From assembly GCA_965262935.1 (NCBI GenBank), contig OZ253572.1:4420042-4484041 (forward strand): DNA of 64,000 nucleotides. The letters are read 5' to 3'. Every line of letters starts with the position of its first letter. Position 1 is the stretch's first letter. The notes beneath the pieces are model-generated. The model made no database searches and was not told the DNA's origin. It worked only from the letters and a program-made list of their open reading frames with translations. This DNA comes from Spirochaetia bacterium (GTDB lineage Bacteria > Spirochaetota > Spirochaetia > SZUA-6 > Bin103). Positions 46,470 through 55,805 of this stretch are shown one piece after another. The translations under genes were made by a program, and so were the position numbers.

Positions 46470-46590
46470 GAGGCCTTCAACGCGCTGTACGACGCCAACA
46501 AGCAGATGGTGTTCAGCAGCGACCGTCCGGTATCGGAGCGGATGAACACTCCGACTGCCTCATCAACCGCTTCGAGCGCGGCCTGAACGA
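46470..46590 (+). pseudogene. DnaA-like fragment (AAA+ domain III segment), frameshifted
   Basis: EAFNALYDANKQMVFSSDRP matches the DnaA F..FNAL....KQ.V..SDRPP box. After a frame change, LINRFERGL resembles L.SRFEWGL. No start and no Walker motifs. Confidence 0.4.
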
Positions 46591-46791
46591 GGCCGGCCAG
46601 GCGCCGCAACCGAGACCCCCGGCCTCCTTGGCAGCAGCGAAACCTGCCGGCTCGCAGATCGATGGGAATCTTCCGGGCGGGCAAGGACGGGCAACAATCC
46701 GGTTGGGAAGCTGCGCCTTCACACGCCCGTCGGTATTCGCCGCCATGTGTGAGATAGCTATCAGGACCTCATCAACTCCGCTCTGTTGCGC

Positions 46792-47943
46792 TCAGCCGAC
46801 GATAGACGAGACGTCGTACTCGTAGATCTGGCGGTTGCCGTCGGGTACGGCGTCGATGGTGAGCGAGCGGCCGTCGGGGTGCCAGCGCGGGTGCAGGTCG
46901 CAGCGCACGTCGCCGGTGAACAGCGGCTCGGAGTACATGCCGCCGATGTCGACGCGCCGGCCGGTGGCCATCTCGTACAGCATCAGTTGTGATATCCGCT
47001 CCTCGCCCTGCGGGTAGGTGTCGCACACCAGCCAGCGGCCGTCGGGCGAGAAGCAGGCGTGGCCGTCCGCGGGCAGGACGCCGCCGCCGAACGGCGCGAA
47101 GTCGCCCTGGTCCACGGTGAAGGAAACGAACTGCATGGTGCCGAGCAGATCGGTGGAAATCAGCAGGCGGTCGGGATCGAGCCAGGCGAAGTGGGAGATG
47201 CGGTGGGGAAAGCCGATCTGCAGCGACAGTTCGCTGCCGTCGGGGCGCACCGTCCACAGCGAGGTACGCAGCCCCTGTTCGCCGGCGCGGCGCATCCGGC
47301 ACAGGAACATCACCCGCGAGCCGTCGGTGTTGAACATCACGTGGTTGAACCACACCAGGCCGGTTGGCGGCTCGGCCAGCGCCGCGGCGCGGATTACCTG
47401 GGCGTGGGAAACCACGAGGCCGGCGCGTCCGCTGGCCAGATCGATACCGTACAGGCCGTCGTCCTCGGGCGCGATCGGCAGCGTGGCCGGGTCCGTATCG
47501 TTGGCATAGCCCACCACCGAGCGGCAGTGGTACATGCGCGCGTAGTTGAGGCCCAGCGCGGCGCGGCCGTCGCCGGTCACCGCCGCCACCGGCGCCTCCA
47601 GGGTGCGCGTGGCGCCGCCGTGCAGCGCCCGCGCGTGTGATACCACGCGCCCGCCCTGCCAGACGTTGTAGGTCAGTTCTTCGCCGTGGCCGGCGTCGAT
47701 CCAGTGCAGCATGCTGCCCTGCTGCAGGTTGAAGGCACCGGTCTCGGCCAGCGCCGTAAAGGAACCGCTGTCCGCGTCCACCAGACCGACGCGGGCGCGG
47801 TCCTCGGGCGCCGGCGGGCGGCGGTGGAAGTCGGTCTCCAGCGCCAGGTGGTGGCGGCCGCTGCGGTCCCAGGCGTTGATCCCGTAGTAGCCGAAGAAAT
47901 GGTGTGCCGGCCCCGAGGTGAGGCGGCGCGGCTCAATGTGCAT
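46792..47943 (-). CDS. PD40/TolB-like beta-propeller protein (oligogalacturonate-lyase-like fold), function unknown
   Basis: 383-aa ORF with repeated ..(S/N/H)PDG(S/R).(L/V) motifs (FNTDGSRVMF, VRPDGSEL, FSPDGRWLVCD, WHPDGRSLTID). Confidence 0.6.
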   Translation of the reverse strand: MHIEPRRLTSGPAHHFFGYYGINAWDRSGRHHLALETDFHRRPPAPEDRARVGLVDADSGSFTALAETGAFNLQQGSMLHWIDAGHGEELTYNVWQGGRVVSHARALHGGATRTLEAPVAAVTGDGRAALGLNYARMYHCRSVVGYANDTDPATLPIAPEDDGLYGIDLASGRAGLVVSHAQVIRAAALAEPPTGLVWFNHVMFNTDGSRVMFLCRMRRAGEQGLRTSLWTVRPDGSELSLQIGFPHRISHFAWLDPDRLLISTDLLGTMQFVSFTVDQGDFAPFGGGVLPADGHACFSPDGRWLVCDTYPQGEERISQLMLYEMATGRRVDIGGMYSEPLFTGDVRCDLHPRWHPDGRSLTIDAVPDGNRQIYEYDVSSIVG

Positions 47944-48229
47944 GGCCTGAGAGTGTACGCGTCCGGCATCGGGACAGCTATCGGTCCGCGCGGCCGCATC
48001 GCTGGGCGGCCGGTTTACGCTGGCAACCGGTCGAATCGTGCAGAGTATGGACGCTGGCGGGCACCGCAGTACCTGAGCCGGCCAGTCCTACGGGCACGAG
48101 CACGATGGCTTGGTCTCCACGTCGACCGAAAGATTCGCTAAGATAGACGCGAAATCAGGTGAAGCTCGTGCAACGGCGGACCCGGCGCGGCAAGGTCGAG
48201 GGGCATTTGAAGAAAATGGGACTGTCGCC

Positions 48230-49366
48230 ATGAGTCAAGAGTTCGATTTCGAGCATCTCGTCCGGTTGTGCCGGCGTGCGCATCAGGAAATGCAGGGGCG
48301 GGCCTCCCGCGCGGTCGATCGCTCGCTTGTCGAGCGGAATTGGCTTTTCGGGCGGTACGTCGTTGAATTCGAGAACGGCGGGGCAGATCGTACCGAACTC
48401 TATGGCAAAGCCTTGATTGCGCGTCTGTCCGCCAAGCTGAAAGCCGGGGGAGTCAAAGGGTGCTCTCAAACCAACCTGCGCAAGTTCCGTCACTTCTACC
48501 TGACCTATCCCGAGATTCAACAGACAGTGTCTGTTGAATCTCCTGAGCACACCGAGATTCGACAGACACCGCCTGTCGAATCACTCCTTACGCCTGCGGA
48601 CGACGGCACCATCGACCCCACGTACATAGGAGACCGATTCACCCTCGGCTGGTCCCACTACGTCACCCTCCTGACCATCGAAAACGCCGAAGCACGGCGC
48701 TTCTACGAGATCGAGGCGACGGACAACGGCTGGAGCGTGCGCGAGCTGGAGCGACAGATCGCCAGCTCCCTGTACGAGCGGCTCGCGCTCAGCCGCGACA
48801 AGGCCGCCGTCCGCCGGCTTTCCCGCGAGGGGCACGTGGTCGAGAAGGCGGCCGATCTGATCAAGAATCCGCTCGTGCTGGAGTTTCTCGGCTTGGAGGA
48901 AAAGCCGGCTTACTCCGAGAGCGAACTGGAGACGGCCATCATCGATCGGCTCCAACAGTTCCTGCTGGAGTTGGGCAAGGGATTCCTGTTCGAGGCGCGG
49001 CAGAAGCGGTTCACCTTCGACAACAAGCACTTTTTCGTGGACCTGGTTTTCTACAACCGCCTGCTGCGCTGCTACGTGCTGGTCGACCTCAAGCGCGGCG
49101 AGATAACCCATCAAGACCTCGGCCAGATGCAGATGTATGTGAACTACTTCGACCGCTACGTGAAGACCGAAGAAGAACTGCCAACCGTCGGCATCTTACT
49201 CTGCGGGAGCAAGAACGATGCCGTAGTCGAGCTGACACTACCGGAAGATACCAACATCTACGCATCCAAGTACCAGCTCTACCTGCCCTCTAAGCGAGAA
49301 CTCACTGCCCAACTGCAGAGTATCCAGAGAGAGTTGCGCAATCGGGAAGGCGAAGACGACAAATAG
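48230..49366 (+). CDS. yhcG: YhcG-family PDDEXK nuclease (DUF1016)
   Basis: ORF 48110-49366, start set at ATG 48230. RNWLFGRYVVE, WSHYVTLLTIEN...RRFYE, GWSVRELERQI, and the core GKGFLFEARQKRFTFDNKHFFVDLVFYNRLLRCYVLVDLKRG. Confidence 0.85.
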   Translation: MSQEFDFEHLVRLCRRAHQEMQGRASRAVDRSLVERNWLFGRYVVEFENGGADRTELYGKALIARLSAKLKAGGVKGCSQTNLRKFRHFYLTYPEIQQTVSVESPEHTEIRQTPPVESLLTPADDGTIDPTYIGDRFTLGWSHYVTLLTIENAEARRFYEIEATDNGWSVRELERQIASSLYERLALSRDKAAVRRLSREGHVVEKAADLIKNPLVLEFLGLEEKPAYSESELETAIIDRLQQFLLELGKGFLFEARQKRFTFDNKHFFVDLVFYNRLLRCYVLVDLKRGEITHQDLGQMQMYVNYFDRYVKTEEELPTVGILLCGSKNDAVVELTLPEDTNIYASKYQLYLPSKRELTAQLQSIQRELRNREGEDDK

Positions 49367-49376
49367 CGGGCAGGCA

Positions 49377-49838
49377 CTACGGGTAGCGCCCCGGGCGCCG
49401 ACCGGGACGCCCGCGAGGCAGTACTGGAGCGCTGGTACCGCAGTCAGCTCCGCGGTCAGTTGCCGGCACTGCGCGACCAATGGGAACGCCAGATCGGCGT
49501 GACCGTCGCCGACGTGCCACCGCGAGGGCAGTTGCGATATGTAGCGCGTCGAGCGTGCGCACTTGTACCGGGAATGGATCCATCGCCCGCTGCTTCATCT
49601 GCGTCGACAGCTCCAGGAGATCAATCCCGAAGAGTACCGCGTCCAGCCGTTCGCGCGCCACCGCCAGGGCTGCATCGTCGAGCTCGCCGGCGAGGCGGCA
49701 GCGATGCAGCACCCGCCGGCACTCGATCTCGATTAACTCGCTCGAGACCACGCGCGGGAACGCCAGTGCATGCCTGATCGGTTCCTCACCCAGCAGGACG
49801 TGACGCAGCAGAACCGACGAGTCCAGGTACGCTACCAC
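49377..49838 (-). CDS. vapC: PIN-domain VapC toxin with aberrant C-terminus (probably truncated at ~49520)
   Basis: MVAYLDSSVLL..., SSELIEIE and RTLDALHIATALA give three of the four PIN acidic positions. After residue ~107 the ORF is antisense to the DUF45 fragment (Arg/Pro-rich junk). Confidence 0.6.
   Translation of the reverse strand: MVAYLDSSVLLRHVLLGEEPIRHALAFPRVVSSELIEIECRRVLHRCRLAGELDDAALAVARERLDAVLFGIDLLELSTQMKQRAMDPFPVQVRTLDALHIATALAVARRRRSRRSGVPIGRAVPATDRGADCGTSAPVLPRGRPGRRPGRYP
49421..49516 (+). pseudogene. YgjP/DUF45 (M48-like metallopeptidase) fragment
   Basis: VLERWYRSQLRGQLPALRDQWERQIGVTVADV matches the conserved mid-section (..W.........l......W....G......v.ir) of DUF45 proteins. 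There is no HExxH part. It abuts the truncated vapC at ~49518. Confidence 0.4.
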
Positions 49839-50074
49839 GCTTCGCCACGCTCCTCGTCCAGATACGGCAGTGGATCGCGCGCCGTCAAAGGCCGCAGTTT
49901 CCGGTAGGCATAGGGCGCCTCGGCGGCCCGCACCACGCGAACGGCAGCCGGAATCGGCACCAGCAGCGCCACCGGCGTGGTGCGATCGAGGACCGTGACC
50001 GGCTCGCCTGCGCGGACTCGCCGCAACTCGGCGCTCAGCGTTGCCTTGAGCTTGGCAGTGGTTATTCTACGCAT
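49832..50074 (-). CDS. Phd/YefM-type antitoxin partner of VapC
   Basis: 80-aa ORF. MRRITTAKLKATLSAELRRVRAGEPVTVLDRTTPVALLVP. It overlaps the vapC start by 7 nt. Confidence 0.7.
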   Translation of the reverse strand: MRRITTAKLKATLSAELRRVRAGEPVTVLDRTTPVALLVPIPAAVRVVRAAEAPYAYRKLRPLTARDPLPYLDEERGEAW

Positions 50075-50220
50075 GCGACTATCCTATGACCCTCAGATAG
50101 TCACTTCGATCCGCCCGGGTCTCGGCGGTCTCGGGACGGACTGTTGCACTACCACCACACCGGTGGTATCAATCGACAGATGGGACAGACACGCTCGCGG
50201 CACAGCCGAGTCCACCGCCA

Positions 50221-51039
50221 GTGGCGCTGAACCGGCTGACCGCCAAACAGGTCGCCAGGTTCAAGATCGACGGGTTCCTGGTGGTCGAGGATCTGCTCGG
50301 CATGGAAGAAGTGGAGCGCCTGCGGCGCCACAGCGACCTGATCGCCGCGGGGAAGGCCGGCCACATCCCGGACGAAAGCACCTGGTTCGAGGAGGGCCAC
50401 GAGGCCGCGGCGGAATCCGGCCGGGGACGGGAGCGGGTGCTGTCGATCTTCAAACTGTTCAACCTGGCGGTACGCGACGCGGTCATGTGGCGGCACGCCA
50501 CCAACGTCAAGATCGTAGGAATAGTCAGAGATCTGCTCGCCACCGGCGACATCAAGATGTATGGCGACCAGCTCTTCATGAAGCCGCCGGAACGGGGATC
50601 GGCGATCCCATGGCATCAGGACTCGGCTTCGTGGTGCGACATGTTTCCGATGGACCTGGTGACCGCCTGGACCGCCATCGATCACGCCACCGAGGAGAAC
50701 GGCTGCCTGCGCTTCGTGCCAGGCACTCACCGTTGGGGCCGGCTGGTGGGCAAGGAGCCTCACGCCGGCATCCGGCCCGACGACGTGGAACCGTTCGACG
50801 CCGACCTCGGCGGCGAGTCGTGGCCAATCGTGCACGTGCCGCTACGTCCGGGAAGCGTCAGCTTCCACCACAGCCTGGTCCTGCACAGCAGCTCCGCCAA
50901 CACCTCCGGCAAGCGCCGCCGCGGCTACGCCGTGCACTACATGCGCGCCACCACCTGGCGCAACCCCGAGGTGGTCGGCGCCCCCGAGATGCCGCCTTTC
51001 AAGCAGGTGTGCGGGCGCTCGTTTCCCGGCCGCGTATAG
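50221..51039 (+). CDS. phytanoyl-CoA dioxygenase (PhyH) family Fe(II)/2OG oxygenase
   Basis: FKIDGFLVVEDLL, PWHQDSASW (HxD), TAWTAIDHATEENGCLRFVPGTH, and SVSFHHSLVLHSSSAN. Confidence 0.85.
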   Translation: MALNRLTAKQVARFKIDGFLVVEDLLGMEEVERLRRHSDLIAAGKAGHIPDESTWFEEGHEAAAESGRGRERVLSIFKLFNLAVRDAVMWRHATNVKIVGIVRDLLATGDIKMYGDQLFMKPPERGSAIPWHQDSASWCDMFPMDLVTAWTAIDHATEENGCLRFVPGTHRWGRLVGKEPHAGIRPDDVEPFDADLGGESWPIVHVPLRPGSVSFHHSLVLHSSSANTSGKRRRGYAVHYMRATTWRNPEVVGAPEMPPFKQVCGRSFPGRV

Positions 51040-51133
51040 GGGTACGGTTCGCGGTCGTAACTGTTCCCGGTAGCGCACCGTTGCACCGTTGCCGGCTTGC
51101 TTCGGGGTACGGTAGCCGGTACGGTACCGTGAG

Positions 51134-52207
51134 ATGTCTGCCTCGCGCCCACCATTCGAGCTGCACGCGCAGACCGTTCCGTCACCGGACAACACGGCAC
51201 AGACGTTCTACAGCTACACGCTCAACCCGGAGTCGGGCGTTCCGGCGCACTGGTGCGGACCGCTGCGGACGACCGGTTGTCACACCGCAGCCGCCGCGGA
51301 GCGCTTCGTCCGGCAGCGCATCGAGGAGCTGAAGCGGGGTGCACCCGACACCGAGCGGTGGTCCGACTGCAGCGCGCTGCTGGACGACCCGGAGCGGTTG
51401 CGCAGCGTGGCCGCCGAACGCGGCTACCTGTTTTTCCGCGCGCTGCTGCCGGCGCAGACGGTGCTGGAGGTACGGCATGACGTGCTGGGAGTGCTGGGCG
51501 ACCACGGGGCGCTGGCCGACGGCTCGGAGACCGACGCCGGCATCGCCAAGCCGGGACTGGTGCTGGAGGGTTCCAACCCGACCGACCAGTACCGCGCCTA
51601 CTACAACAAGGTGTTGAGCGTGCACAGCTTCAATGCGCTGCCGCACCATCCGCGCATCATGGCGGTGGTGGAGCAGCTTGTCGGCGACGCGGTGCTGGTC
51701 CACCCGCGACACATCTGCCACGCCATCTTCCCGGCACCGGAGACGTTCAAGACCCCGCCGCACCAGGACCACTTCTCGGTCGGCGGCACGCCGGCCACCT
51801 GGACCGTGTGGCTGCCGCTGGGCGACTGCGACTCGGCCCTGGGAGGCGTGATGCTGGCCGAGGGTTCCCACGCCGATGGCCTGCTGCCGGTAGTGGAGGG
51901 CTCGATCTGGGTCGATCCGGGAACCGAGCGGCGCTGGACCTGGAGTCCGATGGCCGCCGGCGACGTGGTGATGTTTCACAGCCTGGCCGTGCACCAGGGC
52001 CGCGACAACACCAGCGGCGACCGCATCCGGCTGGCCGCCAGCTTCCGCTACCAACCGGTCAGCGAGCCGGTCGACGAAGCCGCGCTCAAGCCGCAGCACC
52101 GCTACGCCGCGTGGGACGAATTGTACGCCGACTGGCCGCCGGACGACCCGCTCAGGTACTACTGGCGGGATTTGCCGCTGCAGGTCCAACCTACCGTCCA
52201 TCCATAG
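51134..52207 (+). CDS. PhyH-family Fe(II)/2OG oxygenase with N-terminal extension
   Basis: GYLFFRALLP, PPHQDHFSVGG (HxD), TVWLPLGDC..GGVMLAEGSH, and VVMFHSLAVHQGRDN. Confidence 0.75.
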   Translation: MSASRPPFELHAQTVPSPDNTAQTFYSYTLNPESGVPAHWCGPLRTTGCHTAAAAERFVRQRIEELKRGAPDTERWSDCSALLDDPERLRSVAAERGYLFFRALLPAQTVLEVRHDVLGVLGDHGALADGSETDAGIAKPGLVLEGSNPTDQYRAYYNKVLSVHSFNALPHHPRIMAVVEQLVGDAVLVHPRHICHAIFPAPETFKTPPHQDHFSVGGTPATWTVWLPLGDCDSALGGVMLAEGSHADGLLPVVEGSIWVDPGTERRWTWSPMAAGDVVMFHSLAVHQGRDNTSGDRIRLAASFRYQPVSEPVDEAALKPQHRYAAWDELYADWPPDDPLRYYWRDLPLQVQPTVHP

Positions 52208-52221
52208 CGAGGAGAGCGACC

Positions 52222-53316
52222 ATGACCATCGACAGTCATACCCACGTGAGCGTGCGCTGCGAAGCGGACTGGGACCTGGACAGCGCGGCCGCGACCATGA
52301 AGTACTGCTTCCAGCGCAACCTGGCCCGGCCCCACATCGAGGTGCGCCGGCTGGCCGACGACGCGGTGGTGGCCGACGGCTGGAAGACGCTGTGGGACGA
52401 GCACCGGCTGACCTCGTGGGACGGCTGCAAGGACGTCGGCCTGAGGATCGCGTGGCAGCGCGCCGGGCGGCCGACGGTGTCCTGCACGCCCTACTTCACG
52501 TGGCAGAGCGACGGCGAGGAGTTGTACGCGCCCGGCGACCACGTGCTGATTGCCTACAAGGGTCCGCCGCCGGAGGTGCTGCTGTGGCTGATGAACGCCA
52601 CCGGCATCGATCGGGCGGTGCTGCAACTGCCGCCGATCCACCTCAACAAGTTCTTCTCGCGAGTGGTGCACGAGCATCCGACCCGCTTCATCGGACTGTG
52701 CAACGTGGACGAATCGACGGCCTATACCAAGGAAAACCTGGACCGGCTGCACGTCTACGTCGAGGAGCTTGGCCTGCGCGGGTTCTACCATGAGCCGACG
52801 CGCGGCTGGGAGGGTTACACGTCGTTCCACTCCGCCAAGTTCGATCCGTTCTGGCGCGCGATCGAGGCTCTGGGCGTGGTGATGTACATCGGCGGCCCGT
52901 TCGGCGATTCCTACGATGAGTTCATCCCCAAGCTGGCGGCGGTGCTGCGGAAGTTTCCGGGCATCCGCGTGGTGCTGACCAACGGCGTGCTGGCGTCATA
53001 CGTGGCGGACGGCATCCCCGAGGAGTTCGCGAACGTGGTCAACAGCTACAACGTGCACACCGAAATCCTCACCAACATCGTCAACTACGGACCCAATGAC
53101 GAGGTGATCCGGCTACTCTACGATGCCTTCGGACCGAGCAAGCTGATCTGGGGGTCGGAGTTCGCGGCCTACAACCTCGTCGGGCCCCCGTTCACCCCGG
53201 AGCGCTACGCACAGAGCCTCAACTACATGCGGCGGCGCTGCGACTACATGACACAGGACGACCTGCGCCTGATCCACGGCGGCAACCTGCAGCGCGTGTT
53301 CGACATCCCCGACTGA
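52222..53316 (+). CDS. amidohydrolase-2 (TIM-barrel metal hydrolase) family protein
   Basis: ORF 51808-53316, start set at ATG 52222 after GAGGAG. MTIDSHTHV (HxH), IDRAVLQ, and KLIWGSEF...LIHGGNLQRVF. Confidence 0.7.
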   Translation: MTIDSHTHVSVRCEADWDLDSAAATMKYCFQRNLARPHIEVRRLADDAVVADGWKTLWDEHRLTSWDGCKDVGLRIAWQRAGRPTVSCTPYFTWQSDGEELYAPGDHVLIAYKGPPPEVLLWLMNATGIDRAVLQLPPIHLNKFFSRVVHEHPTRFIGLCNVDESTAYTKENLDRLHVYVEELGLRGFYHEPTRGWEGYTSFHSAKFDPFWRAIEALGVVMYIGGPFGDSYDEFIPKLAAVLRKFPGIRVVLTNGVLASYVADGIPEEFANVVNSYNVHTEILTNIVNYGPNDEVIRLLYDAFGPSKLIWGSEFAAYNLVGPPFTPERYAQSLNYMRRRCDYMTQDDLRLIHGGNLQRVFDIPD

Positions 53317-53369
53317 GACGGCGTGCTTACGATGCGCGCACATCGCCACGACACAACTGGAGGACACCG

Positions 53370-54890
53370 ATGACGGCCGAAGCCCATTCCGGAGACCTGC
53401 GCAACAGCCAGCTCTTCCTCGACGACCGCCTGATCGACGACCACGTCCGGGTACAGCGGGTGTGGCATCAGCCGCAGAAGTATCCCGAGCCGGTGATGGA
53501 GGGCAAATACCCGTGGGAGGGCGACTGTCCCTGCCTGTACGGGACGGTGCTGCGCGTCGACGGCACGTTCCGCATGTGGTACGTGGGAACGCGCAACTCG
53601 TCGAGACCGCGCGTCTGCTACGCGGAGAGCGATGACGGTCTCCACTGGGAACGGCCGCAGTTGGGCATCTGCGAGTTCGGCGGCAACAAGAACAACAACA
53701 TCGTGATCCAGCCGGCCTACCCGGACGGGTTCATCGACGACTGCGCCATGATCTACGAGCCCGACGACGAGTGGCCCTACAAACTGCTGTACTGGGACTC
53801 GCTGGACGTGAACCCCGACCACTGGGGCATCTTCGCCACCCGTTCGAAGGACGGCATCCACTTCGAATCGCTGGGCAACGTCCTGCACAAGTGGGACGAC
53901 CGTTTCGCAGCGGTCACCGACAAGGTGGACGGCAAGTACCGGGTCTACGGCAGAGGCACCTTCGAGACCGGCGTGGAGCGGGCCGGACTGTGGACGGGCC
54001 GCACCGACTTCGTTACCGAGTATGCCCTGGACCCGTTTCCGCGCAAGCGGCCCGTTTCCTACACCGAGAGCGAGGACCTGATCCACTGGACGCCCGGAGA
54101 GCAGGTAATCAAGACCGGGACCGACGATCCCTGGCAGATGCAGTACTACTCGCTCACGCCATTCTACTACGAGGGCATCTGGCTGGCCGGTCTGCTGCGC
54201 ATGCACACCATTCCCGACGTGCTGGAGGAGGAGCTGGTGTGGAGCTACGACGGCCGCAACTGGCAGCGCAGCATCCCCAGGCAGCCGTTCATTCCGCGCG
54301 GGCCCAAGGGCAGCTTCGACTCGGTGTGGCTCAACCTGCCCACCAACCCGCCCATCGTCAACTACAACCAACTGTGGTTCTACTATTCCGGCAGGGCCGG
54401 TGGCCACGGCGCGCAGTTCCCCGAGGCGTACGGGGCGATCGGTCTGGCCACGCTGCGCATCGACGGGTTCTGCTCGATGTACGGCGGTGAACAGCCCGGC
54501 GCGATGCTGACCAAGCCGGTCACCTGGCCGGGCGGCGAATTGATGGTGAACGCCGATCCGCGGCGCGACATCAGCGGCCACCACAGCGGCGATGGCGGCA
54601 CTTACGGCAGCGTCCGGGTAGAGCTACGCGACCCGGAGAACAAGCCGCTCGACGGCTACCGCTTCGCGGACTGCAACCCGGTCACCCGCAACACCCGGAA
54701 CTTCGATGAGGAACCGGTGTGGACGGCGCCGGAGCGGGACAACCTGGCGGTGAAGCCGCTGACCTGGCAGGAGGGTCGCTCCGCCCGCGAGCTGGCGGGC
54801 CGGCGCATCCGGCTGTTCTTCGAGGTCCGCGACGCCCACCTGTACTCGTTCCGTGCCGGGAGTCCTTCGTTTCGCGCGAGCAGTTCCTGA
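53370..54890 (+). CDS. five-bladed beta-propeller glycoside-hydrolase-like protein (family unassigned)
   Basis: 506-aa ORF. Recurrent DGTFRMWY, SDDGLHWERP, SKDGIHFE and SEDLIHW blades resemble the GH32/43/130-type fold. Confidence 0.5.
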   Translation: MTAEAHSGDLRNSQLFLDDRLIDDHVRVQRVWHQPQKYPEPVMEGKYPWEGDCPCLYGTVLRVDGTFRMWYVGTRNSSRPRVCYAESDDGLHWERPQLGICEFGGNKNNNIVIQPAYPDGFIDDCAMIYEPDDEWPYKLLYWDSLDVNPDHWGIFATRSKDGIHFESLGNVLHKWDDRFAAVTDKVDGKYRVYGRGTFETGVERAGLWTGRTDFVTEYALDPFPRKRPVSYTESEDLIHWTPGEQVIKTGTDDPWQMQYYSLTPFYYEGIWLAGLLRMHTIPDVLEEELVWSYDGRNWQRSIPRQPFIPRGPKGSFDSVWLNLPTNPPIVNYNQLWFYYSGRAGGHGAQFPEAYGAIGLATLRIDGFCSMYGGEQPGAMLTKPVTWPGGELMVNADPRRDISGHHSGDGGTYGSVRVELRDPENKPLDGYRFADCNPVTRNTRNFDEEPVWTAPERDNLAVKPLTWQEGRSARELAGRRIRLFFEVRDAHLYSFRAGSPSFRASSS

Positions 54891-54982
54891 CCGCCGGACG
54901 GACGGCTGCGGCGGCGGCGTTCCGGCACAGCAGCGGCCGGAGGCGATCGTGCGGCGTGGGGTGCCGGTCCGGCCTTGCTACG

Positions 54983-55579
54983 CTACAGCAGTGACCAGTC
55001 CGGTTCCGCGAGCGGATCTCCCAGCGGCCCGAACGTGTTGCGCACGATGCGCCGCCCGTCGAACCAGTTCAGGTACTCGGTGGCCGGCTGCATGGCGTCG
55101 TGCCACTCGCTCATGAAGCGTCCGAGCGTCGCTTCCATCCGCGCCACGACGCGGCGGTGGTCCGCGCTAGTAGCGACCAGGTCGCGTACCTGCAGCGGAT
55201 CGGCGCGGATGTCGTACAGCGCCGTGCTCCCGTCGAGGCAACGCCAGTCGCTCCAGCGCCCGGTGCGCACACCCTTCCACCGGGTACGTTCGGCGGCAGC
55301 GACGGCTGTTCCGGAACGCGCCGCAGGCAGTCGTCGGGGGCGAGCCGGCCGCTTGAGCGGCTGCCTCCCGGTGACCAGCATCGAGCGATACGGCGCGCAC
55401 AGGGAGCAGGTGGCAACGGCGTTGCTGAACCTGATCCTCTCACGCACGAGGCGGTCGAGGTTCGGAGTCGCGATCTGGCGCTCGCCGTAAGCCGGCAGCG
55501 AGCGCGCCCGCAGTTGATCGGCCAGCAGATAGCCGACGTTGGGTTGCTTCATCGGCAGTATCACCCGCGGCTGCACCAC
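54983..55579 (-). pseudogene. sulfatase with large internal deletion
   Basis: 198-aa ORF. The N-terminal sulfatase segment PNVGYLLADQLRARSL...TPNLDRL...CSLCAPYRSMLVTGR (CxPxR) is joined directly to a C-terminal segment (LYDIRADPLQVRDL...). About 250 central residues are missing. Confidence 0.6.
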
Positions 55580-55805
55580 TCATGGGCAGCGCTCTTTGGG
55601 GCGCCGCCGCCAGGATGGCGGTATGTGCCACGGTGGCGGACACTGTAACCACGACTTGGCGGCCCGGTCCACAGTGAAGGCCAAGCCATTTGTTTGCCGG
55701 CTGATGCGGCGCCGAACCGGTAGCAACGTTGATCCATCCGAAGGGCGTCGTCCATAATGGCCCCACAGTGACGGCGATGTTGGCGATGTTCGCTACTCAA
55801 GGTAC

